A stretch of 64,000 nt of DNA from a bacterium (GTDB lineage: Bacteria; SM23-31), in contig OZ252239.1 in the NCBI GenBank assembly GCA_965249485.1, positions 1,922,445 through 1,986,444 of the forward strand. Reading direction: 5' to 3'. Below the pieces are notes generated by a model, which did no database searches, was not told where the DNA came from, and saw only the letters and a list, made by a program, of their open reading frames with translations. Below are positions 1 to 11,939 of this stretch, one piece after another (the first letter of the stretch is position 1; the number at the start of each line of letters is the position of its first letter). A program made the translations under genes and the position numbers.

Positions 1-3
1 ATA

Positions 4-678
4 ATGAATAATTCAACTCTTGATGTCCGCTTTCTCGGAAAACAGGAATTTCACTCCACATGGGAATATCAGCAGCAGTTAGCTGTCGAAAGACTAAAAG
101 GTAATATATCCGACACACTGCTTTTTGTTGAGCACGATCCTGTGTTTACGATAGGTAAATCGGGAAGTGAGAGCAACATCAGAGGTGCTTTTGACGGTAC
201 TCATGTCAACAAAATTCCTGTTATCCATATTGACCGTGGAGGAGATATAACATTTCACGGACCCGGCCAGCTTGTTGGGTATCCTGTATTGAAACTCACC
301 GATTATTACGCTGATCTCCATAAGTATCTGCGAAACCTTGAAGAAGTCATTATACAGTCACTTTCTGAGTTTACAATATCTGCAGTTCGCCGAGAAGGAT
401 TAACAGGAGTTTGGGTCGGTAATAAAAAAATCGCTTCGATTGGTGTCAAGGTTACCAGATGGGTTACCTATCATGGATTTGCATTGAATGTCAATACAGA
501 TTTAAATTATTTTAGCATGATTACCCCCTGCGGAATAGATGGTTGCGTTACAACGTCCATAAAAGATTTGACAAAGAAAAAACACCGGCTCGAATTTGTT
601 GCATCGATTGTTGAATCAAAATTCAGGAAACTATTTGTTCCTAATAACGAATCGGTTCAGGTATCTTTGAATCAGTAA
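4..678 (+). CDS. lipB: Lipoyl(octanoyl) transferase LipB
   Basis: 224-aa ORF with the LipB/BPL-LPL catalytic domain. Sits beside 2-oxo-acid dehydrogenase genes, with lipA further downstream. Confidence 0.85.
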   Translation: MNNSTLDVRFLGKQEFHSTWEYQQQLAVERLKGNISDTLLFVEHDPVFTIGKSGSESNIRGAFDGTHVNKIPVIHIDRGGDITFHGPGQLVGYPVLKLTDYYADLHKYLRNLEEVIIQSLSEFTISAVRREGLTGVWVGNKKIASIGVKVTRWVTYHGFALNVNTDLNYFSMITPCGIDGCVTTSIKDLTKKKHRLEFVASIVESKFRKLFVPNNESVQVSLNQ

Positions 679-680
679 GA

Positions 681-1784
681 GTGATTGAAAGAAAAATGGT
701 ACAAGCCACCCGAAAAATATCAAAAAAGACACAACATGCGAAGAGTTCAGTTCCCTCTGGGAATATCGGCACTAACGTAACAAAAGGTTCAGGGAATAAT
801 AAATCAGATCAAAAGAGGAAACGATTCAAAGAACCTGACAAAAAACTTCTCATACGGATGCTGTACAATATGATGCTGCAGAGGAGCGGCGAAGAGCAGA
901 TATATGAGCTATATAAAGAGGGGAAAATTGTCGGTGGAGTTTTTTCAGGGAGAGGGATGGAGGCAATTCCGGTTGGTGCTGCATCGGCTCTCGATGAAAA
1001 CGACATAATTTTTCCGTTATTCAGAGATCTTGGTGCTTATTTTGTACGAGGGATGAGTCTGCGTCAGGTTTTCTGTCAATATCTGGGGAGGAAAAATGGC
1101 CCGACCCGTGGACGTGATGCGAATATGCATATGAGCGATCCGAATCACCGGATTTTCGGTATGATTAGCCACCTTAGTGCCATGATTCCCGTTGCGGCGG
1201 GGACTGCTCTGGCAGGACGGTTAAAAAACGAAAATTCGTGTACTTTGACATTTATTGGTGATGGGGGAACCAGTGCAGGCGATTTTCATGAGGGATTAAA
1301 TCTCGCCTCGGTAATGAAACTGCCACTTATTGTGATAATAGAAAACAATCAGATTGCTTACTCAACACCAAGTAATAAACAGTACGCTTGCGCTAATCTG
1401 ATTGACAGAGCAGCTGGTTACGGTATTGAAGGTTCCTTGATTAACGGAAATGATATTCTACAAGTATACAGGACGATAAGAAAAGCTGTTTTGGCGGTAA
1501 AAAATGGAAAAGGCCCGATATTAATCGAAGCACAAACGTATCGTATGCCAATTCGTAACAGTGACAATGGTAAAAACGCCATTGATAATGGATTTGGAAA
1601 GTGGACGGATAAAGATCCGATCAAAACGTTTCAAGTCCATTTGAAAAAAAAGAAGTATATTAATTCACAACATCTAAAGGAAGCCCAGAATAATATAGAT
1701 TTGGAAATAGAAGAAGCAGTAAAGTTTGCCGAGGAAAGCCCCTTTCCAGATGGGATAGAAGCGATTGATGGTGTGTATGCTTAA
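681..1784 (+). CDS. 2-oxo-acid dehydrogenase E1 component alpha subunit, TPP-dependent (pyruvate or branched-chain type). The true start is probably the ATG at 696
   Basis: Contains the TPP-binding motif GDGGTSAGDFHEGLN. Followed directly by the E1 beta gene. Confidence 0.85.
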   Translation: MIERKMVQATRKISKKTQHAKSSVPSGNIGTNVTKGSGNNKSDQKRKRFKEPDKKLLIRMLYNMMLQRSGEEQIYELYKEGKIVGGVFSGRGMEAIPVGAASALDENDIIFPLFRDLGAYFVRGMSLRQVFCQYLGRKNGPTRGRDANMHMSDPNHRIFGMISHLSAMIPVAAGTALAGRLKNENSCTLTFIGDGGTSAGDFHEGLNLASVMKLPLIVIIENNQIAYSTPSNKQYACANLIDRAAGYGIEGSLINGNDILQVYRTIRKAVLAVKNGKGPILIEAQTYRMPIRNSDNGKNAIDNGFGKWTDKDPIKTFQVHLKKKKYINSQHLKEAQNNIDLEIEEAVKFAEESPFPDGIEAIDGVYA

Positions 1785-1814
1785 TCCAGCTTCCGTATTG
1801 TTTGTATAAAGCAG

Positions 1815-2792
1815 ATGACAGATGTAACAACATATAAAGATGCGATCAGCGATGGACTGCGTGAAGAAATGCAGAAGGATAGCACTGTGTTCTGTGTCGG
1901 TATGGATATCGGCGTATACGGCGGTGCATTCGGGATAACGAAAGGTTTCATTGAAGAATTTGGAGCAGAGAGAATTATTGAGACACCAATTTCTGAATCT
2001 GCCATGATGGGACTTTCAATGGGGGCTGCACTTATGGGGCTCCGGCCTGTAGCCGAGCTCCAATTTGCCGATTTTCTGAGTAGTTGTTTTAATCAGCTTG
2101 TCAATAACATTGCGAAATATCACTATATTCATGGTATACCGGTACCACTGGTGCTCCGGTGCCCCTGTGGTGGGGGAGTTCATGGGGGACCTTTCCATTC
2201 GCAGAATAATGAGTCCTGGTTTTTCCGTGTCCCGGGTCTGAAAATAGTTGCTCCGTCAACACCCTACGATGCAAAAGGTCTGTTGAAATCCGCAATCAGG
2301 GACAATAATCCTGTGCTCTTTATGGAACATAAATATCTCTACCGGAGAGTGAAAGAAGCGCTGCCGGAAGAAGACTATACGGTTCCAATTGGGAAGGGAA
2401 TTGTCAGACGGGTTGGTGAAGATGCGACACTTGTTACTTATGGGTCGACTGTCCATATGGCACTCGAAGCAGCTTCAAATCTGGTGCAGGACGGAATTTC
2501 TATAGAAGTTATCGATTTACGGACGGTCATGCCATTTGACCGCGATCTGATTGTGAAATCTGCGAAAAAAACGGGTAAAGTGCTCATTGTTCATGAGGAA
2601 TCGCTTACCGGTGGCGTAGGTGGTGAGCTTGCAGCTCTTGTTGCGGAAGAGGCATTTGAATATCTAGATGCACCGGTCAGGCGATTAGCAGGGCTCGATA
2701 TACCGGTCCCGTTCAGTACGCCTCTGGAAAAGTACTATCTCCCCAGTGCTAAGAAAATTTCATCAGCACTCCGGGAGTTAATTTATTATTGA
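1815..2792 (+). CDS. 2-oxo-acid dehydrogenase E1 component beta subunit
   Basis: 325-aa ORF with transketolase-like pyrimidine-binding and C-terminal domains. Gene order alpha then beta. Confidence 0.85.
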   Translation: MTDVTTYKDAISDGLREEMQKDSTVFCVGMDIGVYGGAFGITKGFIEEFGAERIIETPISESAMMGLSMGAALMGLRPVAELQFADFLSSCFNQLVNNIAKYHYIHGIPVPLVLRCPCGGGVHGGPFHSQNNESWFFRVPGLKIVAPSTPYDAKGLLKSAIRDNNPVLFMEHKYLYRRVKEALPEEDYTVPIGKGIVRRVGEDATLVTYGSTVHMALEAASNLVQDGISIEVIDLRTVMPFDRDLIVKSAKKTGKVLIVHEESLTGGVGGELAALVAEEAFEYLDAPVRRLAGLDIPVPFSTPLEKYYLPSAKKISSALRELIYY

Positions 2793-2997
2793 AATTGTTT
2801 TAATGATTGCCGACAGTTTTTTACTTAAATTTGAAGTGTAAGAGTGGAAAAACTTTTAAAGGGCAATTAATTTACATTACTATCATTTAGTACATTTTTT
2901 GAATTCTCGGGAGATTCGCAATCTCTTTAATGATTTAAATATTAGTTTAGTCAAGAATTTAATTAAAAGAATATATATGATTTGAAGTGATGGTATC

Positions 2998-4935
2998 ATG
3001 AATAAGAATTTAGTGCAGAAAATATTTGATGCCCATTTGGTTTCAGGAACATTAAAACCGGGTGAGCCTCTTTCCGTAAAAGTTGACCAAGTGTTGACGC
3101 AGGATGCGACTGGAACGATGGCATATCTCCAGTTTGAAGCATTGGGACTGCCGAAAATAAAAACTGAAGTAGCAGTTTCTTATGTCGATCATAACATGCT
3201 CCAGACCAATTTTCGCAGTGCAGATGATCATAAATATCTTCAGACATCTGCGGCGAAATATGGAGCATACTACTCCAGGCCGGGAAACGGTATTTGCCAT
3301 CAAGTGCACCTCGAAAGGTTTGGGATTCCAGGTAAAATTCTTCTTGGTTCCGACAGCCATACACCGACCGGCGGTGGTCTAGGTATGGTGTCCATTGGTG
3401 TCGGCGGAATCGATATTGCAACGACGATGGCAGGAGAACCTTTTGAACTGATAATGCCCAAAATAGTCAGGATAAACCTAACGGGCAAACTGAGCCGTCC
3501 TTGGGTAGCATCGATGGATATTATTCTCGAACTCCTGCGGCAGTTGAGTGTCAAGGGTGGTGTGGGAAAAATTTTTGAATACTCAGGTCCCGGTGTTGAA
3601 GATCTCAGCCTCCCGGAACGCGCAACGATTACTAATATGAGTGCTGAGCTTGGCGCTACTACATCGCTGTTTCCGAGTGATGAGAGAACTAAATTTTTCA
3701 TGGAAGCACAGGGAAGAGGGAAAGACTGGATACCATTCAGTGCAGATGACGGAGCTGAATATGACGATGAAATTACGATAGATCTCAACGAACTTGAACC
3801 GCTTGTAGCGCAACCCCACAGTCCCGACAATGTTGTGAAAATTAAAGAAATCGCCGGACTCAAAGTAGATCAGGTCTGTGTCGGAAGCTGTACCAATTCA
3901 TCCTTTCAGGTGATGTCTGGTATCGGAACACTCCTCCACGATAAAGCGATTGCCCCGCATGTCAGTATGACGGTAACTCCCGGCACTAAGCAGGTGTATG
4001 AAATGATGGCGCAGCATGGCGACCTCACGAATATGATCGCGGCAGGTGTCAGGATTCTTGAATCGGCATGTGGTCCATGTATTGGTATGGGTCAAGCCCC
4101 ACCATCTGATGGAATATCGATCAGGTCGTTTAACCGTAATTTCAAAGGCAGAAGCGGTACGGCGAATGCAAATGTCTACCTTTGTAATCCGTTTGTTGCG
4201 TCAGTAATCACTCTTAAAGGCGAAGTGTTTGATCCAAATGGTTCAGACTTACATTTTGATCTAAAACCTGAAGTAAGCACCTACTTTGTGAATGACAATT
4301 TTCTCATAGCTCCACCGGAAGACCGTGATAGTGTAGAAGTATTACGCGGCCCGAACATCAAACCCGTTCCGGTGAATAAGCCGATAAACGATGAAATTGT
4401 AGCAGAAATCATTTTGAAGACAAGTGATAATATCTCTACGGATGATATATTACCGGCCGGCAGCGATATTCTCCCATTCCGGTCAAATATTCCGGCTATT
4501 TCGGAATTTACTTTTTCACGGTTAGATACAACATTTGCCCAGCGTGCAAAAGAGGCCGGAGCAAGCATCATCGTTGGTGGGAATAACTATGGACAGGGTT
4601 CTTCACGAGAGCATGCAGCTATGGCTCCTATGTTTCTTGGTGTCAAAGCAGTCATTACCAAGAGTTTTGCCAGAATTCATCGGGCAAACCTAATCAATTT
4701 CGGTATACTCCCGCTTGAATTTGACGATCCTTCATCATATGATTCAATTGAACAGGGAGATATGCTGAAGTTTTCCGGTATTCTCGGTCAATTGGAAAAC
4801 AGCGGAAAGTTTTCAGTCGAAAACACCCGTACTGGTGAGGCTTTCGGTGCTCACGCTGTCTTGACAACCCATCAACAGGAAGTATTAAAAGCAGGAGGTC
4901 TTCTGTCGCATATAAAATCGAAAACTGGAAAATAA
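2998..4935 (+). CDS. Aconitase-family hydratase (aconitate hydratase-like, with catalytic and swivel domains fused)
   Basis: 645-aa ORF with the aconitase family N-terminus and the Fe-S ligand cysteines (CVGSCTNS, ACGPCIGMGQ). Confidence 0.75.
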   Translation: MNKNLVQKIFDAHLVSGTLKPGEPLSVKVDQVLTQDATGTMAYLQFEALGLPKIKTEVAVSYVDHNMLQTNFRSADDHKYLQTSAAKYGAYYSRPGNGICHQVHLERFGIPGKILLGSDSHTPTGGGLGMVSIGVGGIDIATTMAGEPFELIMPKIVRINLTGKLSRPWVASMDIILELLRQLSVKGGVGKIFEYSGPGVEDLSLPERATITNMSAELGATTSLFPSDERTKFFMEAQGRGKDWIPFSADDGAEYDDEITIDLNELEPLVAQPHSPDNVVKIKEIAGLKVDQVCVGSCTNSSFQVMSGIGTLLHDKAIAPHVSMTVTPGTKQVYEMMAQHGDLTNMIAAGVRILESACGPCIGMGQAPPSDGISIRSFNRNFKGRSGTANANVYLCNPFVASVITLKGEVFDPNGSDLHFDLKPEVSTYFVNDNFLIAPPEDRDSVEVLRGPNIKPVPVNKPINDEIVAEIILKTSDNISTDDILPAGSDILPFRSNIPAISEFTFSRLDTTFAQRAKEAGASIIVGGNNYGQGSSREHAAMAPMFLGVKAVITKSFARIHRANLINFGILPLEFDDPSSYDSIEQGDMLKFSGILGQLENSGKFSVENTRTGEAFGAHAVLTTHQQEVLKAGGLLSHIKSKTGK

Positions 4936-4976
4936 TCTATACTGAATAAAGAATTTCCCAATGAAGGAATCAAATT

Positions 4977-6395
4977 ATGAGTGAACAAAACACGAACGGC
5001 TGGCGTATTGAGCGCGACTCGATGGGAGAAGTTAAAGTGCCTGAAGATGCGTTGTACGGTGCACAGGTGCAGCGGGCTGTTGAGAATTTTCCTATAAGCG
5101 GTATAAAAGAATCGACGACACTGATTAAAGCGTTTGTTCTGCTAAAAAAATCTGCCGCTCTAACGAATAAGTCACTCGGATTACTGGATGAAGATAAAGC
5201 GGATGCGATCGTTGCTGCAGCAGATGACATTCTTGGCGGAAAATATCATGATCATTTTGTGGTAGATGTTTTTCAGGCAGGAGCCGGGACATCATTCAAC
5301 ATGAACTCCAATGAAGTCCTTGCTAATCTTGCTTGTGAAAAATTAGGGAAAGAGCGGGGAGACCATTATGTTCACCCGAATGACCATGTTAACATGGGGC
5401 AGTCAACAAACGATACTTTTCCGACATCGATGCGGATTGCAGCTCGAATGGATCTACAGGAACTTTATCCGGTCCTTGACGACCTTTCCGAGTCTTTTGC
5501 AAAGAAGGGGAAAGAATTTGACTCTATCATGAAATCGGGACGTACCCATCTGCAGGATGCGGTTCCCATCAGGCTCGGTCAGGAGTTTACAGCATACTCG
5601 ATCACTATTGACAAGGCGAAGAAGCGAATAGAAGCGGCAGAAAAGATGATTTCCGAACTTGGAATTGGCGGGAGCGCAGTCGGAACAGGATTAAATGTCC
5701 ATCCGGACTATCCAAAGAAAATTACTGAAGAGATTTCCCGGGAGACAGGGCTTGAATATACAACAGCTCTTGATTTGCGAGAAGCGATGCAGAGCCATCT
5801 TCCCATTGCCACGGTTTCAGGAGTGCTCAAGAATCTGGCACTCGAATTAACGAGAATTGCTAACGACCTTCGGCTTTTGAGTTCTGGACCGACAACCGGA
5901 TTTGCAGAGATAGTCCTGCCTCCGGTACAGCCGGGATCATCAATTATGCCTGGTAAAGTCAATCCGGTTATGGCCGAGATGTTGAACATGGTCTGTTATC
6001 AGGTTATCGGAAACGACACTACTGTCTCAATGGGTGTCCAGGCTGGTCAAATGGAGTTGAATGTCATGATGCCTGTCATGATTTTTAATGTACTGTTGAG
6101 TATACAGATTCTGACGAATTCACTCCGAGTTTTCAAAACAAAATGTGTCGACGGAATCACAGCCAATCCGGAACGGTGCAGGGAATATGCCGAAAAGAGT
6201 GTCGGGCTGGCAACAATCTTGAATACTTATATCGGCTATGACAATGCGGCGCAAATCGCAAAAGAATCGGTCAAAACTGGCCGGTCAATTCCGGAGTTGA
6301 TCCTTGAGAAGAAGCTTTTGACAAAAGATCAGCTAAATAGTATTCTCGATACCATGACCGTGACAGAACCTGGAATTCCGGGTAAAACAGACTGA
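4977..6395 (+). CDS. Class II fumarase / aspartate ammonia-lyase family lyase
   Basis: 472-aa ORF with the GSSIMPGKVNPV signature of the fumarate-lyase superfamily. Confidence 0.8.
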   Translation: MSEQNTNGWRIERDSMGEVKVPEDALYGAQVQRAVENFPISGIKESTTLIKAFVLLKKSAALTNKSLGLLDEDKADAIVAAADDILGGKYHDHFVVDVFQAGAGTSFNMNSNEVLANLACEKLGKERGDHYVHPNDHVNMGQSTNDTFPTSMRIAARMDLQELYPVLDDLSESFAKKGKEFDSIMKSGRTHLQDAVPIRLGQEFTAYSITIDKAKKRIEAAEKMISELGIGGSAVGTGLNVHPDYPKKITEEISRETGLEYTTALDLREAMQSHLPIATVSGVLKNLALELTRIANDLRLLSSGPTTGFAEIVLPPVQPGSSIMPGKVNPVMAEMLNMVCYQVIGNDTTVSMGVQAGQMELNVMMPVMIFNVLLSIQILTNSLRVFKTKCVDGITANPERCREYAEKSVGLATILNTYIGYDNAAQIAKESVKTGRSIPELILEKKLLTKDQLNSILDTMTVTEPGIPGKTD

Positions 6396-6482
6396 AAAGT
6401 TCAAATGTTTGGTAGCGGTAACATTTTTTACAATACTGCTATAATACTATTTTGTAATCGATTAAGGAAAAATAAAAGAATT

Positions 6483-7427
6483 ATGGGTGATATTCAGAAA
6501 ACACAGGTACTCATTCTCGGATCAGGTCCGGCAGGATCGACAGCAGCATTGTACAGTTCCCGTGCCGATCTTAAGACTCTAGTAATTGAAGGCGGACAGC
6601 CTGGTGGTCAGCTCACTATCACAACGGATGTTGAGAATTTTCCCGGATTTGTTGACGGCATTATGGGGCCGGAGCTTGTGGAGAGTTTCAAAAAACAAGC
6701 AATGCGGTTCGGTACGGAATATGTATTTGATACAATCGTTGAGGCAGAGTTGTCGAAACGGCCCTTTGTATTGAAGAGCGAAAATAGTACATACGAATGT
6801 GATGTATTGATTATTGCATCGGGTGCATCTGCCCGTATGATCGGCATTGAATCGGAAAAAGAGCTGATGGGTTATGGTGTTTCTACATGTGCGACCTGCG
6901 ATGGTTTTTTCTTTAAAAAAAAAGAGTTAATCGTAGTAGGAGGCGGTGATTCGGCGATGGAAGAAGCGATTTTTCTCACAAAATTTGCCACTAAGGTTAC
7001 CGTTGTGCATAGACGAGATGCTCTGAGGGCTTCGAAAATTATGCAGGAACGCGCATTGAAGCATGAGAAAATATCCTTTATATGGGATTCTATTGTAGAG
7101 GAAATTCTCGGTACGCAAGCTGATGGAGTCCGGGGAGTTAAAATACGCAATGTCAAAACAGATGAGATCACAGAGTATCCCTGTGAAGGTGTATTTACTG
7201 CTATTGGCCATGTTCCCAACTCTGATGTATTCAATGGGCAGCTCGACATGGACGAGAACGGCTATTTAATCACGCAGTCTGATTCCACAGCCACTAACAT
7301 TCTGGGTGTTTTTGCCAGCGGTGATGTGCAGGATCATGTGTTCAGACAGGCTATTACCGCAGCAGGTAGCGGATGCATGGCGGCAATGGAAGCAGAGCGG
7401 TATCTCGAAAATAATGGAACTGCTTAA
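6483..7427 (+). CDS. trxB: Thioredoxin-disulfide reductase
   Basis: N-terminus VLILGSGPAGSTAALY is an FAD-binding motif, followed by the CATC redox-active site. The ORF track opens at 6405, but the first methionine that fits is at 6483. Confidence 0.85.
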   Translation: MGDIQKTQVLILGSGPAGSTAALYSSRADLKTLVIEGGQPGGQLTITTDVENFPGFVDGIMGPELVESFKKQAMRFGTEYVFDTIVEAELSKRPFVLKSENSTYECDVLIIASGASARMIGIESEKELMGYGVSTCATCDGFFFKKKELIVVGGGDSAMEEAIFLTKFATKVTVVHRRDALRASKIMQERALKHEKISFIWDSIVEEILGTQADGVRGVKIRNVKTDEITEYPCEGVFTAIGHVPNSDVFNGQLDMDENGYLITQSDSTATNILGVFASGDVQDHVFRQAITAAGSGCMAAMEAERYLENNGTA

Positions 7428-7538
7428 ATCTTTCAAGTAACAACCCGAATGGTTGGAAATTCATTTATATCGATACACACATATTTGATGAACTGAAAAA
7501 GTATAATTGCCTGCGAGTTACATAAACAGGAATCCAAA

Positions 7539-8954
7539 ATGAAATTTGAAATCGTGTTACCTCAGATGGGAGAAAGTATTACAGAAGGAACTTTGCTGCA
7601 CTGGTTTAAAAGACCGGGTGACAGAGTTGAAAAAGACGAAGTCCTTTATGAAATAAGTACTGATAAAGTTGATTCTGAGATTCCATCTCCTATATCGGGT
7701 GTTATAACCGAAATAAAGGTAAAGGAAGGTGAATCTGCATCAATCGATTCTGTTCTTGCCTATGTTGAAACGGAAGAAAAAATAGAACTTTTTCATTCCG
7801 GATTAAAAAAGTCTCCGGAACAGGAACTGGAGCCTCAAATTGTTCCGAAACAACGTGTTAAAGTCCCAATGCCCCCACTTATTCAGCCGGATCCGGTTGA
7901 ACCGGTACTCCATGATGATGAGCTGATGGAAGTTTGGCAAGATTCGATTTCAATAAAAAAGGATGATCAAAACGGAAAAAAACGTTTTTATTCTCCACTG
8001 GTTCTTCGAATTGCACATAAAGAAGGAATACCTCTATCAGCATTGGAAACCTTGAAGGGTTCGGGTATCGGAGGGAGAATAACAAAAAGGGATATTCTCC
8101 AGAATGTCTCCAAATTGAAACGACAAAGTGCGGCTCTTTCTCCTGTAATACAACCGGGAGTTCAGGTTATGCCTCCCGATGCTCATATTACAACTCCTTC
8201 ACAGCAAATCGTGACCCGTGATGCTGCAAGCATACGTGAAAAGCCGAAAGTTGAGTTCGGCGTCGATGGAATATCTGTGGTACCGATGGACTCCATGAGA
8301 GCAATTATAGCCGAACACATGCTGAAAAGTGTCCAGACTTCTCCCCATGTGACAGCTGTCTCCGAAGCAGATGTGACGTCACTGGTTCAGTACAGGGATC
8401 AGGAAAACCCTTTATTTAAATCACGGGAAGGATTCTCGCTGAATTACACTGCATTTATTGCTCGTGCTTTAGTGCTTGCAATAGGAGATTTTCCTGAGAT
8501 GAATGCATCGGTTGACGGAACAAATATTATTTATAAACGCCATATAAATATTGGTATTGCGGTTGCTCTTGAATATGGACTGATTGTTCCGGTTGTAAAG
8601 CACACTGAGGAAAAAACACTTGTCGGCCTTGCTCGGTCTGTATACGATGTGAGTTCCCGTGCCCGGAACAAGAAACTAATGCCCGATGAAATAATTGACT
8701 CAACAATTACGATTACCAATTTTGGATCATTTGGTAACGTTATCGGCACACCGATTATACACCAGCCGAATGTTGCTATTTTGGGAGTCGGAGCGATAAA
8801 AAAACGCCCTGAAGTGATCGGTGGTGCCATTGCAATACGAGATATGGTCTATTTGTCGCTCTCATTTGATCACCGAATTGTTGACGGTGCTTCTGGTGGA
8901 ATGTTTGTCTCAAAGATAGCAGAACACCTTGAAAATTTTGAAGAATTACTATGA
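7539..8954 (+). CDS. Dihydrolipoamide acyltransferase (E2) of a 2-oxo-acid dehydrogenase complex
   Basis: N-terminal lipoyl domain ([14 protein letters not shown]), an E3-binding domain and the C-terminal catalytic motif DHRIVDGA. Confidence 0.85.
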   Translation: MKFEIVLPQMGESITEGTLLHWFKRPGDRVEKDEVLYEISTDKVDSEIPSPISGVITEIKVKEGESASIDSVLAYVETEEKIELFHSGLKKSPEQELEPQIVPKQRVKVPMPPLIQPDPVEPVLHDDELMEVWQDSISIKKDDQNGKKRFYSPLVLRIAHKEGIPLSALETLKGSGIGGRITKRDILQNVSKLKRQSAALSPVIQPGVQVMPPDAHITTPSQQIVTRDAASIREKPKVEFGVDGISVVPMDSMRAIIAEHMLKSVQTSPHVTAVSEADVTSLVQYRDQENPLFKSREGFSLNYTAFIARALVLAIGDFPEMNASVDGTNIIYKRHINIGIAVALEYGLIVPVVKHTEEKTLVGLARSVYDVSSRARNKKLMPDEIIDSTITITNFGSFGNVIGTPIIHQPNVAILGVGAIKKRPEVIGGAIAIRDMVYLSLSFDHRIVDGASGGMFVSKIAEHLENFEELL

Positions 8955-9886
8955 GTGAAAAACAGCAATTAGAAAATACAATAGATGATTCTGTCCGACA
9001 AACAGAAAGTCATTCTGCTATTGAACCAATGATGAAAAAGTCAGGTAATGGGCGGAAACCTGACTGGCTCAAAGTGCGTTTGTCGGCGAGTAAAGAGTAT
9101 GCAGAAATTAAAGGTTTGGTTAAAAATCATGCGCTCCATACTGTGTGTGAGAGTGCGCGCTGTCCCAATATTGGTGAATGCTGGGGACAGCGGACAGCGA
9201 CATTCATGATACTCGGTGATATTTGTACACGGAGCTGCGGATTCTGTGCAGTAAAAACTGGAAATCCCATAAGCCTGGACGCGCGTGAACCGGAACGGGT
9301 TGCTGCTGCTGTGAAAACGCTGCAGCTCGAACATGCTGTTATAACTTCGGTAAACCGGGATGAATTGTCCGACGGAGGGAGTTTAATATTTGCCGAAACC
9401 ATTCACGCCGTGCGTAAAGTTGTTCCCGATTGTAGAATTGAAGTTCTGATACCTGATTTTAAAGGGTGCCGGGAAAGTCTAAACAATGTTCTCGATGCTA
9501 AACCCGATATTCTCAACCACAATACCGAAACGGTTCAACGGCTCTACAAAACAGTGCGGCCGCAGGCGCACTATCAACAGTCTCTTGATGTGATCAAAAA
9601 CGCAAAAGAATATGGAGCACTGACGAAGTCGGGTATTATGGTAGGTATCGGTGAAAATAACGACGAAGTTTTACAGGTTATGCAGGACCTGAGTAAGCAT
9701 GGATGTGACATCATGACAATCGGGCAGTATCTGCAGCCAACGAGAAATCACCTTCCTATCAATAGATATGTCACTCCGCAGGAGTTTCTAGAATTTAAAC
9801 GATTCGGAAAATCACTTGGATTTCGTCATGTTGAATCCGGTCCTCTTGTCCGCAGTTCATACCATGCCGCAAGTCATGTTAATTGA
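8951..9886 (+). CDS. lipA: Lipoyl synthase
   Basis: Both cysteine clusters present: CPNIGEC and the radical-SAM CTRSCGFC. Overlaps the E2 stop codon. Confidence 0.9.
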   Translation: MSEKQQLENTIDDSVRQTESHSAIEPMMKKSGNGRKPDWLKVRLSASKEYAEIKGLVKNHALHTVCESARCPNIGECWGQRTATFMILGDICTRSCGFCAVKTGNPISLDAREPERVAAAVKTLQLEHAVITSVNRDELSDGGSLIFAETIHAVRKVVPDCRIEVLIPDFKGCRESLNNVLDAKPDILNHNTETVQRLYKTVRPQAHYQQSLDVIKNAKEYGALTKSGIMVGIGENNDEVLQVMQDLSKHGCDIMTIGQYLQPTRNHLPINRYVTPQEFLEFKRFGKSLGFRHVESGPLVRSSYHAASHVN

Positions 9887-10120
9887 TGCATAGGGCGATC
9901 AAGTATTTGGGGATTTTCAAATTTCAGGATCTATTGATACAATTATAGTGTTGTATTGTTTGCCATTCGAATATCTTGTGAAATGCTTGACTTTTAGTGC
10001 TGTTGATTGTACCTTTCTACAATTGGATATGTAATTTAGAAACCATTTTTGAAATTATTGTTTATACAGTATTTATAGATTTTCACAAGGAAAGATTCGC
10101 TATTAACACAGGGTAATATT

Positions 10121-10600
10121 ATGGGACTTGAGACAAAACTTGGCGATGGAATTCTTACTACGCAGCTAGACAAATTAGTAAACTGGTCAAGAAAAAACTC
10201 AATGTGGCCAATGCCGTTCGGAACAGCATGCTGCGCTATTGAGCTTATGGGAACACTTGCTTCTCGGTATGATCTTGCGCGGTTCGGAATGGAAAGGTTG
10301 AGTTTTTCTCCACGCCAATCCGATGTCATGATCGTTGCCGGAAGAGTAGCAATAAAAATGATGCCGGTACTGCTTCGTATCTGGCAGCAAATGCCTGAAC
10401 CAAAATGGTGTGTGTCGATGGGTGCCTGTGCATCAACAGGAGGAGTGTTCAATACCTATACGTTGATTCAGGGTATCGATCAATTTTTGCCAGTCGATGT
10501 ATATATTCCCGGATGCCCTCCCTGTCCCGAAGCAGTAATCGATGGGATGATGAAATTGCAGGAGATTGTCCAACGTGATACAGTAAAGAATCGCGTTTAG
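10121..10600 (+). CDS. nuoB: NADH-quinone oxidoreductase subunit B-like (NuoB, 20 kDa Fe-S subunit)
   Basis: Canonical NuoB motifs CCAIELM and GCPPCP. No other nuo genes are adjacent apart from nuoI 2.3 kb downstream. Confidence 0.8.
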   Translation: MGLETKLGDGILTTQLDKLVNWSRKNSMWPMPFGTACCAIELMGTLASRYDLARFGMERLSFSPRQSDVMIVAGRVAIKMMPVLLRIWQQMPEPKWCVSMGACASTGGVFNTYTLIQGIDQFLPVDVYIPGCPPCPEAVIDGMMKLQEIVQRDTVKNRV

Positions 10601-10627
10601 GTTGACGAGTATCGGAGTGAATGGGAA

Positions 10628-11815
10628 ATGCAATTGCCAATATATATGGATAGTCATGCAACGACACCGGTAGATCCGCAAGTGTTTGAGGCAATGTTGC
10701 CGTATTTTAAGGACCAATTCGGCAATGCTGCCAGCAGTTCTCACACATTTGGATGGGCTGCTGACGAAGCGGTTGAGAAAGCGCGTTTGCAGATTGCGGA
10801 CCTTCTGAATGCCGATTCATCTGAAATCATCTTCACGAGCGGTGCAACAGAATCTAACAATCTTGCATTGCGTGGTATTATGGAAATGTATCCCGAAAAA
10901 GGCAATCATATTATTACCGCGCAAACAGAACATAAATCGGTACTCGACACATGTGAATCCCTGAATTCGCTCCATTGTGATGTGACTGTTCTCCCTGTTG
11001 ATCAGTATGGATGTGTCAATCCCGACGATATCAGGAAAGCGATCACAAATAAGACCGTTTTGGTATCCATTATGGCGGCGAATAACGAGATCGGAACCAT
11101 ATATCCTTTGGAAGAAATCGGAAAAATTACGAGGGAAACCGGTGTTTTTCTGCACACGGATGCAGTGCAGGCTGTTGGAAAAATTCCTTTTGATGTTGAA
11201 TCGATGAATATTGATGTGGCGTCGATCAGTGCTCATAAAATGTACGGTCCGAAAGGGATTGGAGCACTCTATATACGAAAGAAAAATCCCCGTGTAAAAG
11301 TAAAACCGATAATTGAAGGTGGCGGCCATGAGCGGGGAATGCGTTCAGGAACACTCAATGTCCCCGGTATTGTTGGAATGGGAGAAGCATGTGCGGTATG
11401 CAGACGGGAAATGCATAAGGAATCAAAACGGCTCAAAAACTTGCGAGACAAACTTTATTATTCAATAAAGGAGACGCTTGAGGACGTCCACTTGAACGGG
11501 CATCAGCATCAACGTCTTCCTCATAATCTGAGTCTGGCATTTAATGGTGTTGAGGGACAGTCACTTCTACTTGGGTTACGGAATGTTGCTCTCTCTGCCG
11601 GCTCAGCCTGTACCTCGAAAGATCCGGGACCATCAGAGGTTCTTATGGCGTTAGGATTCGGAGAAGAACGGGCATTTAATACGATCCGTTTCGGACTCCA
11701 CCGGTTTACAAAAGAAGAAGAAGTCGATTATGTCGCTGAAGAAGTGGTTCGGAATGTAAAACAACTGCGTGAGTTGTCTCCGATTTACACAGAAAGAAAA
11801 ATGGCTTTAAAATAA
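10628..11815 (+). CDS. iscS: Cysteine desulfurase (IscS/NifS family, class V aminotransferase)
   Basis: PLP-lysine motif SAHKMYGPKGIGALY and the SxxC active-site region. Confidence 0.85.
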   Translation: MQLPIYMDSHATTPVDPQVFEAMLPYFKDQFGNAASSSHTFGWAADEAVEKARLQIADLLNADSSEIIFTSGATESNNLALRGIMEMYPEKGNHIITAQTEHKSVLDTCESLNSLHCDVTVLPVDQYGCVNPDDIRKAITNKTVLVSIMAANNEIGTIYPLEEIGKITRETGVFLHTDAVQAVGKIPFDVESMNIDVASISAHKMYGPKGIGALYIRKKNPRVKVKPIIEGGGHERGMRSGTLNVPGIVGMGEACAVCRREMHKESKRLKNLRDKLYYSIKETLEDVHLNGHQHQRLPHNLSLAFNGVEGQSLLLGLRNVALSAGSACTSKDPGPSEVLMALGFGEERAFNTIRFGLHRFTKEEEVDYVAEEVVRNVKQLRELSPIYTERKMALK

Positions 11816-11939
11816 AACATATCACTCTGATAAATGAAAATAAAAGAAACATCGCAACCTTAATAATTGTTAAAGCTGTAGATTGGTTCATTGTTAATAC
11901 ATATTATAGTATAAAATTATAATAGAGGAAGCTCATCAT

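Noticed and set aside
94-321. Antisense ORFs embedded in well-supported genes. Examples are 94-321(-), 3300-3863(-), 12174-12788(-), 13835-14482(-), 25141-25810(+) opposite the flagellin gene, 46617-47147(+) and 59976-60422(-).
   Set aside because: Each lies wholly inside a longer ORF on the opposite strand that has clear family signatures. None has an SD or recognisable motifs. They are shadow ORFs typical of this base composition.
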